DNA of 64,000 bases, from positions 3,805,245 to 3,869,244 of the forward strand of contig NC_068988.1 in the NCBI RefSeq assembly GCF_001194135.2. The letters run 5' to 3'. Under the pieces are notes generated by a model. That model was not told where the DNA came from and did no database searches. It saw only the letters and a list, made by a program, of their open reading frames with translations. Of this stretch, positions 63,354-64,000 are shown piece by piece (positions within the stretch are counted from its first letter, which is position 1; each line of letters starts with the position of its first letter). The position numbers and the translations under genes were made by a program. Source of the stretch: Octopus bimaculoides. Its lineage: Eukaryota.

Positions 63354-64000
63354 CATAAGGCTATTTACTAATGAAAGAACCAATAATTGCATTTTTTTCC
63401 TAATCATTTTCTCAGTGCTCTGTACATTAAATGTGTTAACACTAATTCACATCATGATGATTCATGCCTGATTCTTCCTCAAGGATCAACTCATATCACA
63501 TAAAATTCATTTTTATCTAATTCAGTTAAGATTCAATTTCAGTTTCAAAATTATTCAAGGAATTTTACTTATAAAATTTAAACTTTTCCTTAGTTTTCCT
63601 TTGGGATTAGACATTTTAATCAGCTCATCTCCTTATCATTGTTTAGGGAAATATTCGAGTTATGAGGGAATTATCAAAAGCCGTGATTACCATCTTTATT
63701 TTGTTTTTATTCTTGGAATTTTATTAGTTAAGAATTTGAAAGAAGTATTTTCATCAGTATTTACTAGAAAATTATGGTCCCTTTAAAGGAAATTTAGCAC
63801 CAAATATTCATCTAAATGTACGCTATAAAATTAGAATCTTATAAAGGGAGATACTTCTGGAGGAATCCGTGTAGAACAGTTAAATTTTTTAATATGTTTT
63901 TTACTTTAAGTATTTCTTACCAATTCATGTTCAGACTTCTGTCTTGCAGTAAGTGCTTGCTTCCTTAACTTAGTGATAGTAAATAGGACAAAAGAATTGT

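Overview
AT-rich, microsatellite-dense eukaryotic genomic DNA from a draft assembly with five N-gaps. The SINE repertoire, (TA)/(CA)/(CAT)/(TAA) tracts and base composition point to a coleoid cephalopod, most likely Octopus (inferred from recognised repeat motifs, not a database search). There is no intact long ORF, and most ORFs in the supplied track are microsatellite or gap translations. The window is mostly intron-like sequence filled with four recurring SINE families (here called A-D), decayed LINEs (two RTE lineages and an R4/Dong-like REL-endonuclease 3' end), three Tc1/mariner-superfamily relics and several MITEs. A series of short minus-strand open segments with good splice signals may be exons of one large gene that I cannot identify. 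The most unusual object is an ~810-bp fold-back at 25068-25881. Each arm carries a tRNA-like Pol III cassette followed by a degenerate minimal hammerhead ribozyme of the Penelope type. Most repeat boundaries are estimated by eye (about +/-20 bp unless a TSD or TIR is quoted).
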